IMG/VR virus record: IMGVR_UViG_3300032309_001984
Span: 1-56,263 of that record
Direction: 5' to 3' (one strand)
From: a virus
Lineage: Duplodnaviria > Caudoviricetes
DNA: 56,263 nt
This document shows positions 18,224-27,809 of this stretch, piece after piece. Under the pieces are notes generated by a model. The model was not told the origin of the DNA. It saw only the letters and a program-made list of their open reading frames with translations, and did no database searches. Every line of letters starts with the position of its first letter. Positions within the stretch are counted from its first letter, which is position 1. The position numbers were made by a program, and so were the translations under genes.

Positions 18224-19021
18224 TTACTTTTCTTTTTGATATCCCCATATCCCAATAAACTTTCTATCAATTGGATCAAATCCCCCAGTAACAGCGTGTG
18301 CAAGTTTAAACATATCTGGTATAACTAAGTCACCTTTTTGCCATTTATGGACCATACGAATGTCCTCATTATTCATTACTTGATTACTAAACCACCATAC
18401 TATATCTTTAAATTTTTCATCTTGATCTTTTGTTGGTTCTTGTCCATCAAACAAAACTAAATTATTAATACTTTCTCTGTTTTCAGCAATTCTTACTCGT
18501 ACAAGAGGGTTGCCAGTTAGCCAGTGCTTTTGAATTGGCTTAAAATTTGTAAATACATCTTCAAGACCAAAGTCTTTTGCACTTATAATGCATTTATCTA
18601 AAAAATCTTTATTTTCTTGAGACATTGATAAATAAACCTTCTCAGAATCAACAAAATATGTTTTACCATTTTCATTGTCAATATTAAAAACAAGCATATT
18701 CCAAGTACCAGCAAGAATTGGGTTATCATAATAAACATGCTCAATATGCCAAGAAAGCATTACCTCATCTTTAGTTGAAATGCCTACTCTTGTATTCGTT
18801 GCATGATCTTCAATATATTTGCTTAGTTCATCATTACTTTCTTTTGGTGTGAACCAGCCAAATATCTTTCCCAAAGTATTGTGAAGTTCTGACTGTTCAT
18901 CAAAAGAAAGGTTAGCATTTCTAAATACAATAATAGACTCATTAATAAATTTATCTTTGTAAAACTGTGCATTACTTAATATGCTATTAATTCCTGGAAA
19001 ATCAACTGTTTTTATATTCAT
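18224..19021 (-). CDS. TauD/TfdA-family 2OG dioxygenase
   Basis: IVFRN, WHIE, T.FVD, HKWQKGDLVI.D....H. Confidence 0.85.
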   Translation of the reverse strand: MNIKTVDFPGINSILSNAQFYKDKFINESIIVFRNANLSFDEQSELHNTLGKIFGWFTPKESNDELSKYIEDHATNTRVGISTKDEVMLSWHIEHVYYDNPILAGTWNMLVFNIDNENGKTYFVDSEKVYLSMSQENKDFLDKCIISAKDFGLEDVFTNFKPIQKHWLTGNPLVRVRIAENRESINNLVLFDGQEPTKDQDEKFKDIVWWFSNQVMNNEDIRMVHKWQKGDLVIPDMFKLAHAVTGGFDPIDRKFIGIWGYQKEK

Positions 19022-19058
19022 AAATAATTACCCCTTTCTTATAATTATACCACTACGG

Positions 19059-19132
19059 TGCATCTGGAAGGACTTGAACCTTCGGCTCTCCGCATATAAG
19101 GCGGGTACTCTAACCAACTGAGTTACAGATGC
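19059..19132 (-). tRNA. tRNA-Ile(UAU)
   Basis: GCATCTG/CAGATGC acceptor stem; anticodon loop CTTATAT; T loop TTCAAGT. Confidence 0.8.
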
Positions 19133-19140
19133 ATTCTTAG

Positions 19141-19211
19141 AGCGAGTGACCAGAATCGAACTGGCACTACCAACTTGGAAGGATGGTGCACTACCATTAT
19201 GCAACACTCGC
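19141..19211 (-). tRNA. tRNA-Gly(UCC)
   Basis: GCGAGTG/CACTCGC acceptor stem, U73, anticodon loop CTTCCAA. Confidence 0.9.
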
Positions 19212-19215
19212 TTTG

Positions 19216-19289
19216 TACACCAGGTAGGACTTGAACCTACGATAGCCGAATTATGAGTTCGGTGCCTTAACCAACTTGGCTACTGGTGC
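19216..19289 (-). tRNA. tRNA-CAU (elongator Met or Ile2)
   Basis: CCGAA-CTCATAA-TTCGG; lacks the initiator's three G-C pairs. Confidence 0.85.
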
Positions 19290-19328
19290 ATATTATAAGT
19301 ATACATGTTATGTGCTATACTGTCAACT

Positions 19329-19907
19329 ATGGAAATACTAGCAGATAAAATTGTTAAATTTAAAACTGATATTAACTCACAGGAATGGATTGATTTAATT
19401 GAAAAAATAAATCAAGAAGCATTTCATTTTCAAGATATTTCTGATATAGCAAGACCACACCTGACAATGTTTGTACCTATGGTTTTTACAAAAGATGATA
19501 CTTATAGTTCAATTAAACTTAAGAATATGTTTTATAGCCTTGTTTTTGATAAAATATTAGAGTACATGCAGCACTACAATAACTTTGGAATTGTTACAAG
19601 GCAAGACGCTTTTGTTGTTTCTAAACTGAGAGATGGAAATTTTATGTCATATCATTCTGATAGTCCAGATGAAAAACATATAATGGTTAATCTTCACATT
19701 AATGATGATTTTGAAGGCGCAGAAATTAAATTTAAAGATTTAGGCATTACTTACAAAGCAAAGGCTGGAGACATTTTTATTTTTCCCGCATCACATCCAC
19801 ACTCTTTGAGCATGCTAAAAGGAAATCCAAGATATACAGTAAGTATAGGGCTTGTTAGTCCTAAGTTTTCAGGAAAACATAAAGAATATTTAAAAGATTC
19901 TAACTAG
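19329..19907 (+). CDS. 2OG-Fe(II) oxygenase
   Basis: HSD, INDDFEGAE, HSL...RY. Confidence 0.85.
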   Translation: MEILADKIVKFKTDINSQEWIDLIEKINQEAFHFQDISDIARPHLTMFVPMVFTKDDTYSSIKLKNMFYSLVFDKILEYMQHYNNFGIVTRQDAFVVSKLRDGNFMSYHSDSPDEKHIMVNLHINDDFEGAEIKFKDLGITYKAKAGDIFIFPASHPHSLSMLKGNPRYTVSIGLVSPKFSGKHKEYLKDSN

Positions 19908-20201
19908 AAGATTCCTCTTGCTCTTTATCTAATTCTTTCTTATCCTGCATTTCTTTTGCTTTTATTTTATGTGTATTGTCACAGTATGGATAGGTTTGTG
20001 ATCTACCACATGTGCATTGTCTCATTTAGTTTTCTTCCCTTACAAGTGGCTTTAATTTATCCCAATAACCTTTTGGGCTACCCTGGTATATTTGACCAGT
20101 CTCTCTATCTATTAGCAACCATTTTTCGGGGCATAAGGTTTTGACCGTAAGAATTACATCTTCTTCTGTCTCATCAAAAGGATATTGATGTCTCACAAAA
20201 A

Positions 20202-20411
20202 CTATTCCTCAATTATTTCAAAATCAAAAGGAAAGCCCTCTTGCTGAGTAAAATTTGAGGAATAGCCTGGATTTATAGACCATCTATCCATTACAGCATG
20301 CTGCTCTATCTGATCAACATAATGAAGATAGGTAATAGAGCATTTCCTACAAAGTACATTATCTTGGCTATCTATGTCAAAAATATGCTTATTTACTTGG
20401 CAAACTCTCAT
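20202..20411 (-). CDS. Hypothetical protein
   Basis: TGCTATAAT leaderless promoter; CxxC. Confidence 0.55.
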   Translation of the reverse strand: MRVCQVNKHIFDIDSQDNVLCRKCSITYLHYVDQIEQHAVMDRWSINPGYSSNFTQQEGFPFDFEIIEE

Positions 20412-20494
20412 ATCTCAATTATAGCATACCTAAATTTTTAAAATATTGGGGTATAATATAACTATATACAGTATGTATATAACTAGGAGGAAAT

Positions 20495-21130
20495 ATGTCA
20501 ATTTATGATGTTAAAATTAAATCATCAGATGAAAGTACAGATGATCTGCTTTCACAATACAAAGGCAAAGTAACACTTATTGCTAATGTTACTGGAGATT
20601 GTGGAAACGCACCACAGTATGCAGTATTAGAGACCCTATATCAAAAGTATAAGGACCAAGGGTTTGAGGTTGTAGCAGTTCCAACAAATGACTACTGCGG
20701 GGCTAATTTAACCTATGGAGACCACATAGAGGGTACCTCTTGTGCAACAGACAACGAAGAGTTTGGCAAAAGAGTCTGGGGAGTTACATATAATTTTACA
20801 GAACTAGTTCCTTCAAAACCACAAAAAGAAGATGTAATTCCAGGATTGCCATCTAAGTATGGCAAAGCAGATCCACACCCACTATTTACTGCAATCCTAG
20901 GAGATGATGATTTTATGGGTGGAAATTTTGAAAAATATTTAATTGATAGAGATGGAAACCTTATTAGACACTTTAAAAATGGTGCCACACTTAATCATAA
21001 CTATATTAATCAAAATTCTGATCCTGAGACAGATGGTCGACCAATAGAAAGACTAAAAACTGGTTCTAGACGTGCAGATATTGAGTTTAAAGAGTTAATG
21101 GAAGCAATTGAAACTGCTTTGGTAGCATAA
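20495..21130 (+). CDS. Divergent glutathione peroxidase-like protein
   Basis: GKV.LIANV..DCG..PQY, VPTNDY, GNFEKYLIDRDG. Confidence 0.8.
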   Translation: MSIYDVKIKSSDESTDDLLSQYKGKVTLIANVTGDCGNAPQYAVLETLYQKYKDQGFEVVAVPTNDYCGANLTYGDHIEGTSCATDNEEFGKRVWGVTYNFTELVPSKPQKEDVIPGLPSKYGKADPHPLFTAILGDDDFMGGNFEKYLIDRDGNLIRHFKNGATLNHNYINQNSDPETDGRPIERLKTGSRRADIEFKELMEAIETALVA

Positions 21131-21167
21131 TTTTTATTTAAAATAGAATCTATGATACAATAACTAT

Positions 21168-21866
21168 ATGATAAACGAAACCGCAGGCGTTCAGCAGTTA
21201 GCAGAAAAACTTTGGTATATACCTAACTTTCTTACAAAAGAAGAAGTCGATAAGTTTAATAAAATACTTGAGAGCAAAACAAATGAATCTCTTGCTCATC
21301 CATTTGATGTAGCAGATCATGGAATAATTAATGAAGTACCAGAATTATTTGAGGTATGGGAAAAACTATCTGATGTATTATATCCAACACACGTTATGCA
21401 TCCACAATTGCAGATACTTCATTTTAAAGAAGGTGGAAGCATGCAGCCACATTGGGATAGTCCAGGAGAAGGACATCATGATGACTTAACTCTTCCAGAC
21501 AGATGGTCAACATGCTGTGTTCTTGATTATGGTGTTTGTGTATACTTTGGTGACTTTACTGGTGGAGAAGTTTACTATCCAAAACTTGAACTTGAAGTAG
21601 TGGTAGAGCCAGGAGATCTAGTTATTCATGGTGCATTGCAAGACTACGAACACGGAGTAAATACTGTAACATCTGGAACAAGATATACATATTCTAACTT
21701 TGCATTAAAAGCAGAAAAAAATCCAGGAACATTTCCAAACTATAAAACTGAAGAATATCAAGCATGCACAATGACACCAGAAGATAGAAAAAATGTCTGG
21801 TCAGTTCCTAAGTTTAATGATCCAGTAACATCTGGATATCCAGAAGCAGTAGATCGTTACCTATAG
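21168..21866 (+). CDS. 2OG-Fe(II) oxygenase
   Basis: HWD, DFTGGEVYYP, HGV...GTRY. Confidence 0.88.
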   Translation: MINETAGVQQLAEKLWYIPNFLTKEEVDKFNKILESKTNESLAHPFDVADHGIINEVPELFEVWEKLSDVLYPTHVMHPQLQILHFKEGGSMQPHWDSPGEGHHDDLTLPDRWSTCCVLDYGVCVYFGDFTGGEVYYPKLELEVVVEPGDLVIHGALQDYEHGVNTVTSGTRYTYSNFALKAEKNPGTFPNYKTEEYQACTMTPEDRKNVWSVPKFNDPVTSGYPEAVDRYL

Positions 21867-21949
21867 TTATTGCTCTACTTTGTAAGTCATGATAATGTAA
21901 CAGGCAATGTAGCCAACAATAAATGCTGGAATTAAAAATAGTGCACTAA

Positions 21950-22774
21950 TCATTCTTCCTCCAATTTTATTATTTCTTCATTTTGTGTGTATAAAACTTT
22001 TCCAGATTCATCTCTTATTTCATTCATAGAAAAAGATCTTTCATTGTCCGAAGAATATTCATCTAAACCTTCTTTATTACCTAGGCTTGATGATAATTCT
22101 CTAATCCTACCATTTTTTATATGTTCTTTACAGACAAGTACTGATTTAAAGTCTATATGAACCTTGCTCATGTCATCAATAAAAATCCAGTCTGTTGCAT
22201 TTTCTTTACAATAATAACATTCTATCTTTTTAAGTTGATTCAAAGTAATCTGCCAATTATTTTTTTCACCATTTATAAAATTGATTTTATCATTTACTAC
22301 ATATTGTGATTCATCATCTACATGTTTTGTTAAAGGACTTTCTGATAGTTTGATTCTTTTTGTAGAGTATGTATAGTCAAAGATGCCAAACCCATCGTTT
22401 GGAACTGGTGGGGCACATAGGTGATCTATAATTAGATCTGGATCTTTTAAGTCATCTTCTAAAAATAAATCAAATTGAATTTTAGAAGGATGAGTGTTGT
22501 TCCAAATTCTTATTGTATAGTATCCATTATCGAGAATGCAATGACCTACCAGCCCTATATTCTCAATATTCTCAATCATTGTTGCAATTGGACCTAAAAG
22601 AATATCTCCTAAATAATTTTTATGAACGACACCCTTGCTATAATCACATAAATGATTGCCTCTATACTCTGCAAGACCCCTCATGATATTAACTAAAATA
22701 TGTTTTTCTGTTACTGGATTAATGGTAAAACCATTTAGAGTAAATCTAGTAACAACTTTATTTCTATGAAACAT
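21950..22774 (-). CDS. Hypothetical protein (C-terminal CxxC...CxxH)
   Basis: 274 aa ORF. Confidence 0.65.
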   Translation of the reverse strand: MFHRNKVVTRFTLNGFTINPVTEKHILVNIMRGLAEYRGNHLCDYSKGVVHKNYLGDILLGPIATMIENIENIGLVGHCILDNGYYTIRIWNNTHPSKIQFDLFLEDDLKDPDLIIDHLCAPPVPNDGFGIFDYTYSTKRIKLSESPLTKHVDDESQYVVNDKINFINGEKNNWQITLNQLKKIECYYCKENATDWIFIDDMSKVHIDFKSVLVCKEHIKNGRIRELSSSLGNKEGLDEYSSDNERSFSMNEIRDESGKVLYTQNEEIIKLEEE

Positions 22775-22928
22775 CTGTTGTTCCTAAAAAGTTTAAGACA
22801 AGAGCCTGTCTTATTGCTTCTTCACGCCTTTGTTGTTTAGAAAGTTTGGGCTTATTCTTTAACCTTTTAATTTTTTTATTAGCCCTCTTTGCTTTAATTT
22901 GAGAAGATTTATTATTAACTTTTTTCAC
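22764..22928 (-). CDS. Small basic hypothetical protein
   Basis: GTG start overlapping the upstream stop; KKVNNKSSQIKAKRANKK... Confidence 0.45.
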   Translation of the reverse strand: MKKVNNKSSQIKAKRANKKIKRLKNKPKLSKQQRREEAIRQALVLNFLGTTDVS

Positions 22929-23110
22929 TTTTGATTCCTTGCAACCTTGGCTGCCATAATTTGCATGCCTAAAGCATTTGTTACTGAGTCCTGTATCTCT
23001 ATTGCCTCAATTTCTTTTGCAATATGATCTCTGACAGCCTTAACAATCTTGTGCGTTCCATCACAATTTCCACCAGCATCGCTAGAAAATTTACATACAC
23101 ATTTTCCCAT
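22925..23110 (-). CDS. CDGSH-type iron-sulfur protein
   Basis: C-V-C-xx-S-...-C-D-G-T-H. Confidence 0.7.
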   Translation of the reverse strand: MGKCVCKFSSDAGGNCDGTHKIVKAVRDHIAKEIEAIEIQDSVTNALGMQIMAAKVARNQK

Positions 23111-23556
23111 TATTTTACTCCATCCCAATTTCCTATTTTTGTTGTAGCAATTTCATTTTCTTCCCAAAGTTTTATGACGTTAGGATTGTCGTCAACTGCA
23201 TGTACAACAACCCAAAATTCATTTATTTTATTTAATATATCTTTTTTAACTTCATAGTCTGGCCTATCATCGTGATCATCTCGCATAAATAAAGCATGAC
23301 ATCTTGCATTGTTTTTTGCAAGCCACATAGAAGTTAAACCACGCCACTTTTCTTTTCTTGAAGTAACAACCATTATTGAATGTCCTTTAGACAAAGCATT
23401 GTCTAGCATACTAAATACATCCTTATTTGGCTTTGCATCAATTGAAGATTTATGAAATGACTCATAGTCTTTGTTTTGTCCACGCACATAGTGCAAGAAT
23501 GGATCAACATTTGCCAATGTGCCATCAACATCAAATATGTATGCAGTAGGCTTCAT
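23110..23556 (-). CDS. HAD phosphatase (PNKP 3'-phosphatase-like)
   Basis: FDVDGTLA, VTSR, LFMR...D.RPD..VK, VDD. Confidence 0.85.
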   Translation of the reverse strand: MKPTAYIFDVDGTLANVDPFLHYVRGQNKDYESFHKSSIDAKPNKDVFSMLDNALSKGHSIMVVTSRKEKWRGLTSMWLAKNNARCHALFMRDDHDDRPDYEVKKDILNKINEFWVVVHAVDDNPNVIKLWEENEIATTKIGNWDGVK

Positions 23557-23563
23557 CTTAAGG

Positions 23564-24007
23564 TTAAACCAATTTTGCAATATCTATTGGAGAAAAATCA
23601 GAAGGAAAATAAGAAATGCTTTCATCAGGCTTAATTAAAAACTTTTCAAAATTCCAGCCAATGTCTTGACCATTCTTAGCAACAGCCTTTAGGTGAGTGT
23701 ACAGAGGGTGCTCAAGTTCTCCATTAACATCAATTTTTTCAGCAATCTGAAAGTCTACTCCATAAGTTGTTGAACAAAATTCTTTAATTTCTTCGTTAGA
23801 ACCTGGCTCCTGCTGTCCAAACTGGTTGCAAGGAAAAGCAATAACCTTTATATTGTCATTTGTTGAAATTTCTTGAAGATCGGCATATTGTTTTGTGAAT
23901 CCACATTTACTTGCTGTGTTTACAATTAAAATATTCTTGTCTTTAAATTCAGACAAAACGACATCATTTCCTTCATTATCTCTAAATACATATTCATAAA
24001 CGTTCAT
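23564..24007 (-). CDS. Glutathione peroxidase (Cys-type)
   Basis: NTASKCGFT, FPCNQFGQQEPG, WNFEKFL. Confidence 0.95.
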   Translation of the reverse strand: MNVYEYVFRDNEGNDVVLSEFKDKNILIVNTASKCGFTKQYADLQEISTNDNIKVIAFPCNQFGQQEPGSNEEIKEFCSTTYGVDFQIAEKIDVNGELEHPLYTHLKAVAKNGQDIGWNFEKFLIKPDESISYFPSDFSPIDIAKLV

Positions 24008-24326
24008 AAATAATCCTTTTCTCTAGACTTCTATTATACTACATGCAAAACTTAAGCACCTATAGATGGCATTGTTGCTTCACATGGACAAATTATTGAC
24101 TCAGGCATCTCATGGACATTAGTTTCAACAGTTATAGTTGTGCTACATTCTTCACATTTATATATATTCTTCATTGTATAATCATACCACAAAACTAAGA
24201 GGATTGATAGTTTGTAAGATGTCTTTTACAAACACCGACAATAGAAACACCAGCAACGTCATTATAGAGGGCCTCATTAGAGCAATAAAAACATTTTTGT
24301 TTTTCCATAATAAAATTATATCACAT

Positions 24327-24545
24327 CTATGACTTAAGAACTACCTCATAGTAAGTACCCCACCATTTGTATGGTTTATTTAAAATTACCCACATTTTTG
24401 CGTGGTATTTATAACGAAACCCTAAGTTACTATCTAATTCCTCATCTAAGTTAATAGCCTTAACAAGGTGATTGCCAGCAAACTCCCCACAAAAATTACC
24501 TATCCATCGTAATGGAAGTATGTTAGTCTTTTGAATCTTTTTCAT
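24327..24545 (-). CDS. Hypothetical protein
   Basis: ORF in a minus-strand gene run. Confidence 0.5.
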   Translation of the reverse strand: MKKIQKTNILPLRWIGNFCGEFAGNHLVKAINLDEELDSNLGFRYKYHAKMWVILNKPYKWWGTYYEVVLKS

Positions 24546-24713
24546 CTTGTGGCACCCATACTTTCTTTCCATCTTTCCACACAGGCCAATAACCAAGGCT
24601 ACGCCAATCCATCTGTGCGATCTTAGGCTCTTTCATCCATGCTCCTGTCCCATAAAACTAAACACTTAGTACATTGTATACCATCTTCACGCATATACCA
24701 AGTATGGCTACAC

Positions 24714-24920
24714 TTAATATCCACCTAAGCACTCATTTCTTGTATGATATAGGCGAATCTTTGTCAAGATTTTGCGGGATGGACCAGACAGATCTTCCTT
24801 ACAAGTGCTACACCTATAAGACCATTCCCCAGTAAAGAAATCATGCACATATCCCTTAGCGTTGGCATACTTCTTGGCTACAAATGTAGTAAATGGATCA
24901 GGTATTTCCATGTTTATCAT
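24714..24920 (-). CDS. Hypothetical protein (CxxC...H..C)
   Basis: ORF with promoter-like TGATATGAT upstream. Confidence 0.55.
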   Translation of the reverse strand: MINMEIPDPFTTFVAKKYANAKGYVHDFFTGEWSYRCSTCKEDLSGPSRKILTKIRLYHTRNECLGGY

Positions 24921-25130
24921 ATTCTAATCATATCACTTTTAGCCTGGGATTGCAAGATGCTCATCGTAATCATTAGTATAAACTAATCAGATAAGCATGT
25001 AAGGCAGACAAAAGGCTGATCATCTTGTTTAAAATATAGTTGATCACATTGAGTGCAGGCTACTTTGTAGCCCATAAACTTACTATAGGATGATTCTAGT
25101 CTATGCATTGGATTATTGTATCATAAATTA

Positions 25131-25973
25131 TTAACAGATTGGCAGGTTATGCTTTATCAGATAGTCATCATATTTTATTTTTGTTCCATAGTCATTGATC
25201 CAAAAATCTGAATCAAATCCTGTCTTATAAAGGTCGTCATGATGGAATGGGTTAAAGTCAAAGGAAACAGATGGGTCATTTTCTAATCCATGGATCACAT
25301 TTAGAAATGGAACGTATAGCATAACTCTGGGTATGTTCTTGCTAATGCTTTCTGTAAAGTGTGTCTCAGACTCCCTTATAACCTGTTCCATTATTTTGGA
25401 TCCTTTTTTAACAGCATAGTTAGAACTTTTTGTAGTTGATGACCTGATCATCATACCATTTTCTGACTCATATACCTCTACACCATTTCTATTTGCCTGC
25501 ACCTTTAACCGAAACTGAATGTGCTCTTCATTAAAATTGTTTGCTCTCATCATATCTATTTTATCCTGAATTGGTGCATCTGATTTGATGGGGGTAGAAA
25601 CAAATATCTCAGCATCTTCAAGACCATTAAGGCAATAGGTAATAGACTGAGTACATACAGAGTCCATATCAGCATATACACCACCATGCTCGTATGTAAC
25701 CACATATCTCCAGATGTCTGCTTGGCACACACCATCTTGAGTGGCATAATACTTCCAAAGTATTGGATACTTTTTAATTATTTCTTCTCTTTCAGTATGG
25801 CTTACATATCTATAGTCCCAGTCTGGGTTAAGGTTTTTCCATGTCTGTGCTATTTTTTTAAAATGGATTGGCAGATCAGAATATTCGTAATTATGTGTTT
25901 GCCAGATGATCTTTGGGATATCCACAGGATTACTCAAAAGATTCATTCCTGTATAAAGAGATCTGTTTTCCAT
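25131..25973 (-). CDS. Glycosyltransferase, DXD sugar-binding (GT32-like)
   Basis: IPKIIWQT, ADIWRY, GGVYADMD. Confidence 0.85.
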   Translation of the reverse strand: MENRSLYTGMNLLSNPVDIPKIIWQTHNYEYSDLPIHFKKIAQTWKNLNPDWDYRYVSHTEREEIIKKYPILWKYYATQDGVCQADIWRYVVTYEHGGVYADMDSVCTQSITYCLNGLEDAEIFVSTPIKSDAPIQDKIDMMRANNFNEEHIQFRLKVQANRNGVEVYESENGMMIRSSTTKSSNYAVKKGSKIMEQVIRESETHFTESISKNIPRVMLYVPFLNVIHGLENDPSVSFDFNPFHHDDLYKTGFDSDFWINDYGTKIKYDDYLIKHNLPIC

Positions 25974-26505
25974 TATATCTCTCTATCTTCTCAAAATCAA
26001 AAGAAAATGGTTTTTCTGATAAATCTATAGGTCTGGCTCTTCCCATAGGTATATCGCTATTTAGTTCTCTATCATTGACTTTGATATACATGTCGCAAAA
26101 TAGGGCATACCTTGCGTTGGTTTTAATTTTATCTATTATGCTGACTATCTTTGAGTTAGGCAAGTGTTGAAGAACATCTTTAATTATAATTAAGTCAACT
26201 GGCTCAATTTCAAGGGAATCAAAATCTCCATGGATAAACTTAACATTATCTGTAGCATGGGCCATTGTTTCATCTAGTATAACTGAACTAATATCAATGC
26301 CTGTATAAACCTTATCCTCTAGGTTATAGTTTTGACCCAGCCTCCAGTCACCACACCCAACATCAATTATTGTCTTAATATCTTCTTGTTTTAGAAAAGA
26401 GTTGACTATGTCTATCCAGACCTTGGCCTGTTCTGGCTCTGATCCTGGGCCACTCTTATAGCCCCATCTATTTTCTAAATATATAATATCGAATTCGTTT
26501 GACAC
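25930..26505 (-). CDS. Class I SAM-dependent methyltransferase
   Basis: SGPGS, IDVGCGD, YTGIDIS, KDVLQHL. Confidence 0.9.
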   Translation of the reverse strand: MSNEFDIIYLENRWGYKSGPGSEPEQAKVWIDIVNSFLKQEDIKTIIDVGCGDWRLGQNYNLEDKVYTGIDISSVILDETMAHATDNVKFIHGDFDSLEIEPVDLIIIKDVLQHLPNSKIVSIIDKIKTNARYALFCDMYIKVNDRELNSDIPMGRARPIDLSEKPFSFDFEKIERYNGKQISLYRNESFE

Positions 26506-26615
26506 TATTTGATTGTATCATATATAGCGTATATATTCAATTTTTTGGTTTTAAAGTTCGGCGACAAGTAGAGGTTAACAAACCATTCTATGCCCTACAC
26601 GGGCAATAGTGGTTA

Positions 26616-27065
26616 CTATCCCTGATTTGCCCATTTCCTCAAATTACATAGCCCATGTGCTGGTCTGACATTCTGCAAGGTATCTGAGCCACCTTTTGCA
26701 ATAGGAACAACATGATCAATATGCAAACCTTGCTCCCAGCCCTTGACCCCACATTTTCGGGGAGCCAGAAGATCAATGCCTAATCCACATAAGTAACATA
26801 CATCCCCATAGTTAGAGATAACCTGGGATTCTTTATACTCGTTCGTAATACTTGCCCTACGTCGCCGATTCTTAGATCTTTCTCGTTCTCTTACCAGATC
26901 AAGGTTTGAGGCACGATACTTGGCTGTCACAGAACGGCGATTATTATTGGCATATCGTAATCTATTGTAGAGACTTGATGCAGCCAAACACTCAACACAT
27001 GGTTTAGTCTTATGGTTATGGTGTTTGCGATATCCAGCATAGGTTCCGCAGTTAGAATACATCAT
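26616..27065 (-). CDS. HNH endonuclease
   Basis: CYLCG, HIDHVVPIAKGG, NVRPAH..CN. Confidence 0.9.
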   Translation of the reverse strand: MMYSNCGTYAGYRKHHNHKTKPCVECLAASSLYNRLRYANNNRRSVTAKYRASNLDLVRERERSKNRRRRASITNEYKESQVISNYGDVCYLCGLGIDLLAPRKCGVKGWEQGLHIDHVVPIAKGGSDTLQNVRPAHGLCNLRKWANQG

Positions 27066-27200
27066 CTTTAAAAAAATCTATACCGAGATACCACTTAAAG
27101 AGATATAGGCCTATCTCCCATTGGTGTCTGATTGGATAGCCCCAGTTATGCAGATATACCCCAATAGAGTAATTAGAGGTCATGGTGCCATAGTGGAGTT

Positions 27201-27389
27201 TCATTTGCACATCAAACAGTAGTATGGGGCACGAAAGTTATCCTTATTGGTGTAGATGGTTTGAGCACATTTGGAACATTTAATATGCCCCATAGATGGA
27301 TCTTTGTCTGCCGTTTGAATTGTCAAACTTTTTGTATAGTATACCTTTGTGGCATACCAGGTGATTAGTATTGCGATTATTGTTAGCAT
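27201..27389 (-). CDS. Small membrane protein with Zn finger
   Basis: TM helix followed by CxxC...CxxC; GAGG SD. Confidence 0.55.
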   Translation of the reverse strand: MLTIIAILITWYATKVYYTKSLTIQTADKDPSMGHIKCSKCAQTIYTNKDNFRAPYYCLMCK

Positions 27390-27554
27390 GTTATTCCTCA
27401 AAACTCATTTGTGATGACCAGAAGTCGTTATCGTATGTTTCAATTTCATCTACTACATCATGACAATTAGAGCAAGTTACCTTGCCATCTAAGTCAATTT
27501 CATAGTAGTGTTTACATTCCATAACTCTATAGTACCACATGAAGGTTAACAAAG

Positions 27555-27727
27555 TTATCCACAGGTTTAGCAGTTATGGCTACAGCCACATATTGTACAA
27601 ACACTGTCTTGAACAGTGCAATCATCACACCAATCAGGAGGGATTTGCTTATATCCTGGGATCTTTTCTTCGGTTTGTTCTGTCATATACTAATTATATC
27701 AAATAGTTATCCACAGGTTTATCCACA
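27555..27727 (+). promoter_or_regulatory. Three perfect DnaA boxes (TTATCCACA)
   Basis: 27555-27563, 27707-27715, 27719-27727. Confidence 0.6.
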
Positions 27728-27809
27728 TAATAATCTTACTGATTATATATTTAGACATTCTAGAAGTGGAGTGATGTGGAGGATAGTGGAGAATAGAGCG
27801 CTTTTATAG

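Noticed and set aside
18067-19289. tRNA cluster as a prophage attachment site or host chromosome junction
   Set aside because: No integrase, no duplicated tRNA 3' end, and phage-like genes on both sides
20495-24007. Selenocysteine in the glutathione peroxidases, or stop-codon recoding
   Set aside because: Active sites are ordinary Cys codons; genes read intact in code 11 and no suppressor tRNA was seen
26616-27065. HNH gene as part of an intron or IS element
   Set aside because: Free-standing; no interrupted host gene, terminal repeats or intron core seen
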